Positions 63,736 to 64,000 of a stretch of DNA of 64,000 nucleotides are shown in pieces (position 1 is the stretch's first letter; every line of letters starts with the position of its first letter). The translations under genes were made by a program, and so were the position numbers. This stretch comes from a bacterium (GTDB taxonomy: Bacteria > Patescibacteriota > CPR2 > UBA1875 > JAJYID01): contig JAUSJO010000008.1 in assembly GCA_030647205.1 (NCBI GenBank), positions 28,770 to 92,769 on the forward strand, given 5' to 3'. Below the pieces are notes generated by a model, which did no database searches, had not been told where the DNA came from, and was given only the letters and a program-made list of their open reading frames with translations.

Positions 63736-64000
63736 TGAAAACAAGCAAACTTTTTACAAAAACAACAAAGAATATCTCGAAAGAGGCTGAGAGTAAAAAC
63801 CATGAGTTTTTGGTTCGGGCCGGTTATGTGGATCAGTTAATGGCTGGTGTTTATACATATTTGCCGTTAGGCCTTAAGGTTTTGCAAAAAATAGAAAGCA
63901 TCATTAGAGAAGAAATGACGGCCATTGATGGGCAAGAAATATTGATGCCGGCGCTTCATCCCGCAGAGAATTGGAAGAAAACAGGCCGCTGGGAAACTAT
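63736..64000 (+). CDS. proS: Proline--tRNA ligase, N-terminal fragment (continues beyond the window)
   Basis: 'FLVRAGYVDQLMAGVYTYLPLGLKVLQKIESIIREEMTAIDGQEILMPALHPAENWKKTGRWE' is the ProRS N-terminus. It is not in the ORF track because it is truncated. Confidence 0.85.

Noticed and set aside
1-64000. Alternative genetic code with UGA recoding, as in some CPR lineages
   Set aside because: TGA ends many well-supported genes at the expected length, including the CobO-like gene, hsdS, ileS neighbours and ribosomal proteins. The long ORFs contain no in-frame TGA.

Overview
This 64 kb window comes from a low-GC (~40%) bacterium with compact, mostly plus-strand genes. TGA is used as a stop codon, and strong Shine-Dalgarno sites and sigma70-like promoters are visible. 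The gene content is small proteins and housekeeping genes with many biosynthetic neighbours missing, including a eukaryote-like type-2 IleRS and rpsB-tsf-frr with no pyrH/uppS/cdsA. This is consistent with a reduced-genome Patescibacteria/CPR-like organism, but that placement is only an inference. Housekeeping content: CobO-like fragment, DUF4430 and a membrane protein (a cobalamin-handling module), argB-like kinase, yggT/DUF167, NUDIX, ileS, ftsW/rodA (SEDS), rplU, parA-parB, lepB, an LCP protein, htrA, DJ-1/PfpI, TspO, AlkD-like, a CPBP protease, prfA, rpmE, an HD-domain alarmone hydrolase, rpsB-tsf-frr-rseP and the start of proS. An accessory stretch at about 32-55 kb carries a defense island: a PD-ExK-like protein, a GmrSD-type DUF262/DUF1524 enzyme, a Cas4-like 4-Cys nuclease, and a complete type I R-M system (hsdM-hsdS-hsdR) with two extra genes embedded (an unknown 284-aa protein and a UvrD-like SF1 helicase). 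Next come a class-II Fic gene flanked by ~135-bp direct repeats, an ArsR regulator with three palindromic operator copies, and an ADP-ribosylglycohydrolase. After that come DUF5661, an MBL-fold hydrolase and an ASCH-domain protein, then a candidate module of a degenerate CYTH-like protein, a MoxR-like AAA+ ATPase with an atypical Walker A, and a vWA protein, facing a convergent CyaB-like CYTH protein. Several non-coding elements recur in the window. A ~300-nt hairpin-rich repeat with compensatory stem changes lies upstream of two small membrane-protein genes. A shorter hairpin repeat occurs three times. A promoter/5'-leader module containing GGGATCCC is duplicated. An ~80-nt double-hairpin terminator element is duplicated. 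No rRNA, tRNA, CRISPR array, integrase or transposase was found.
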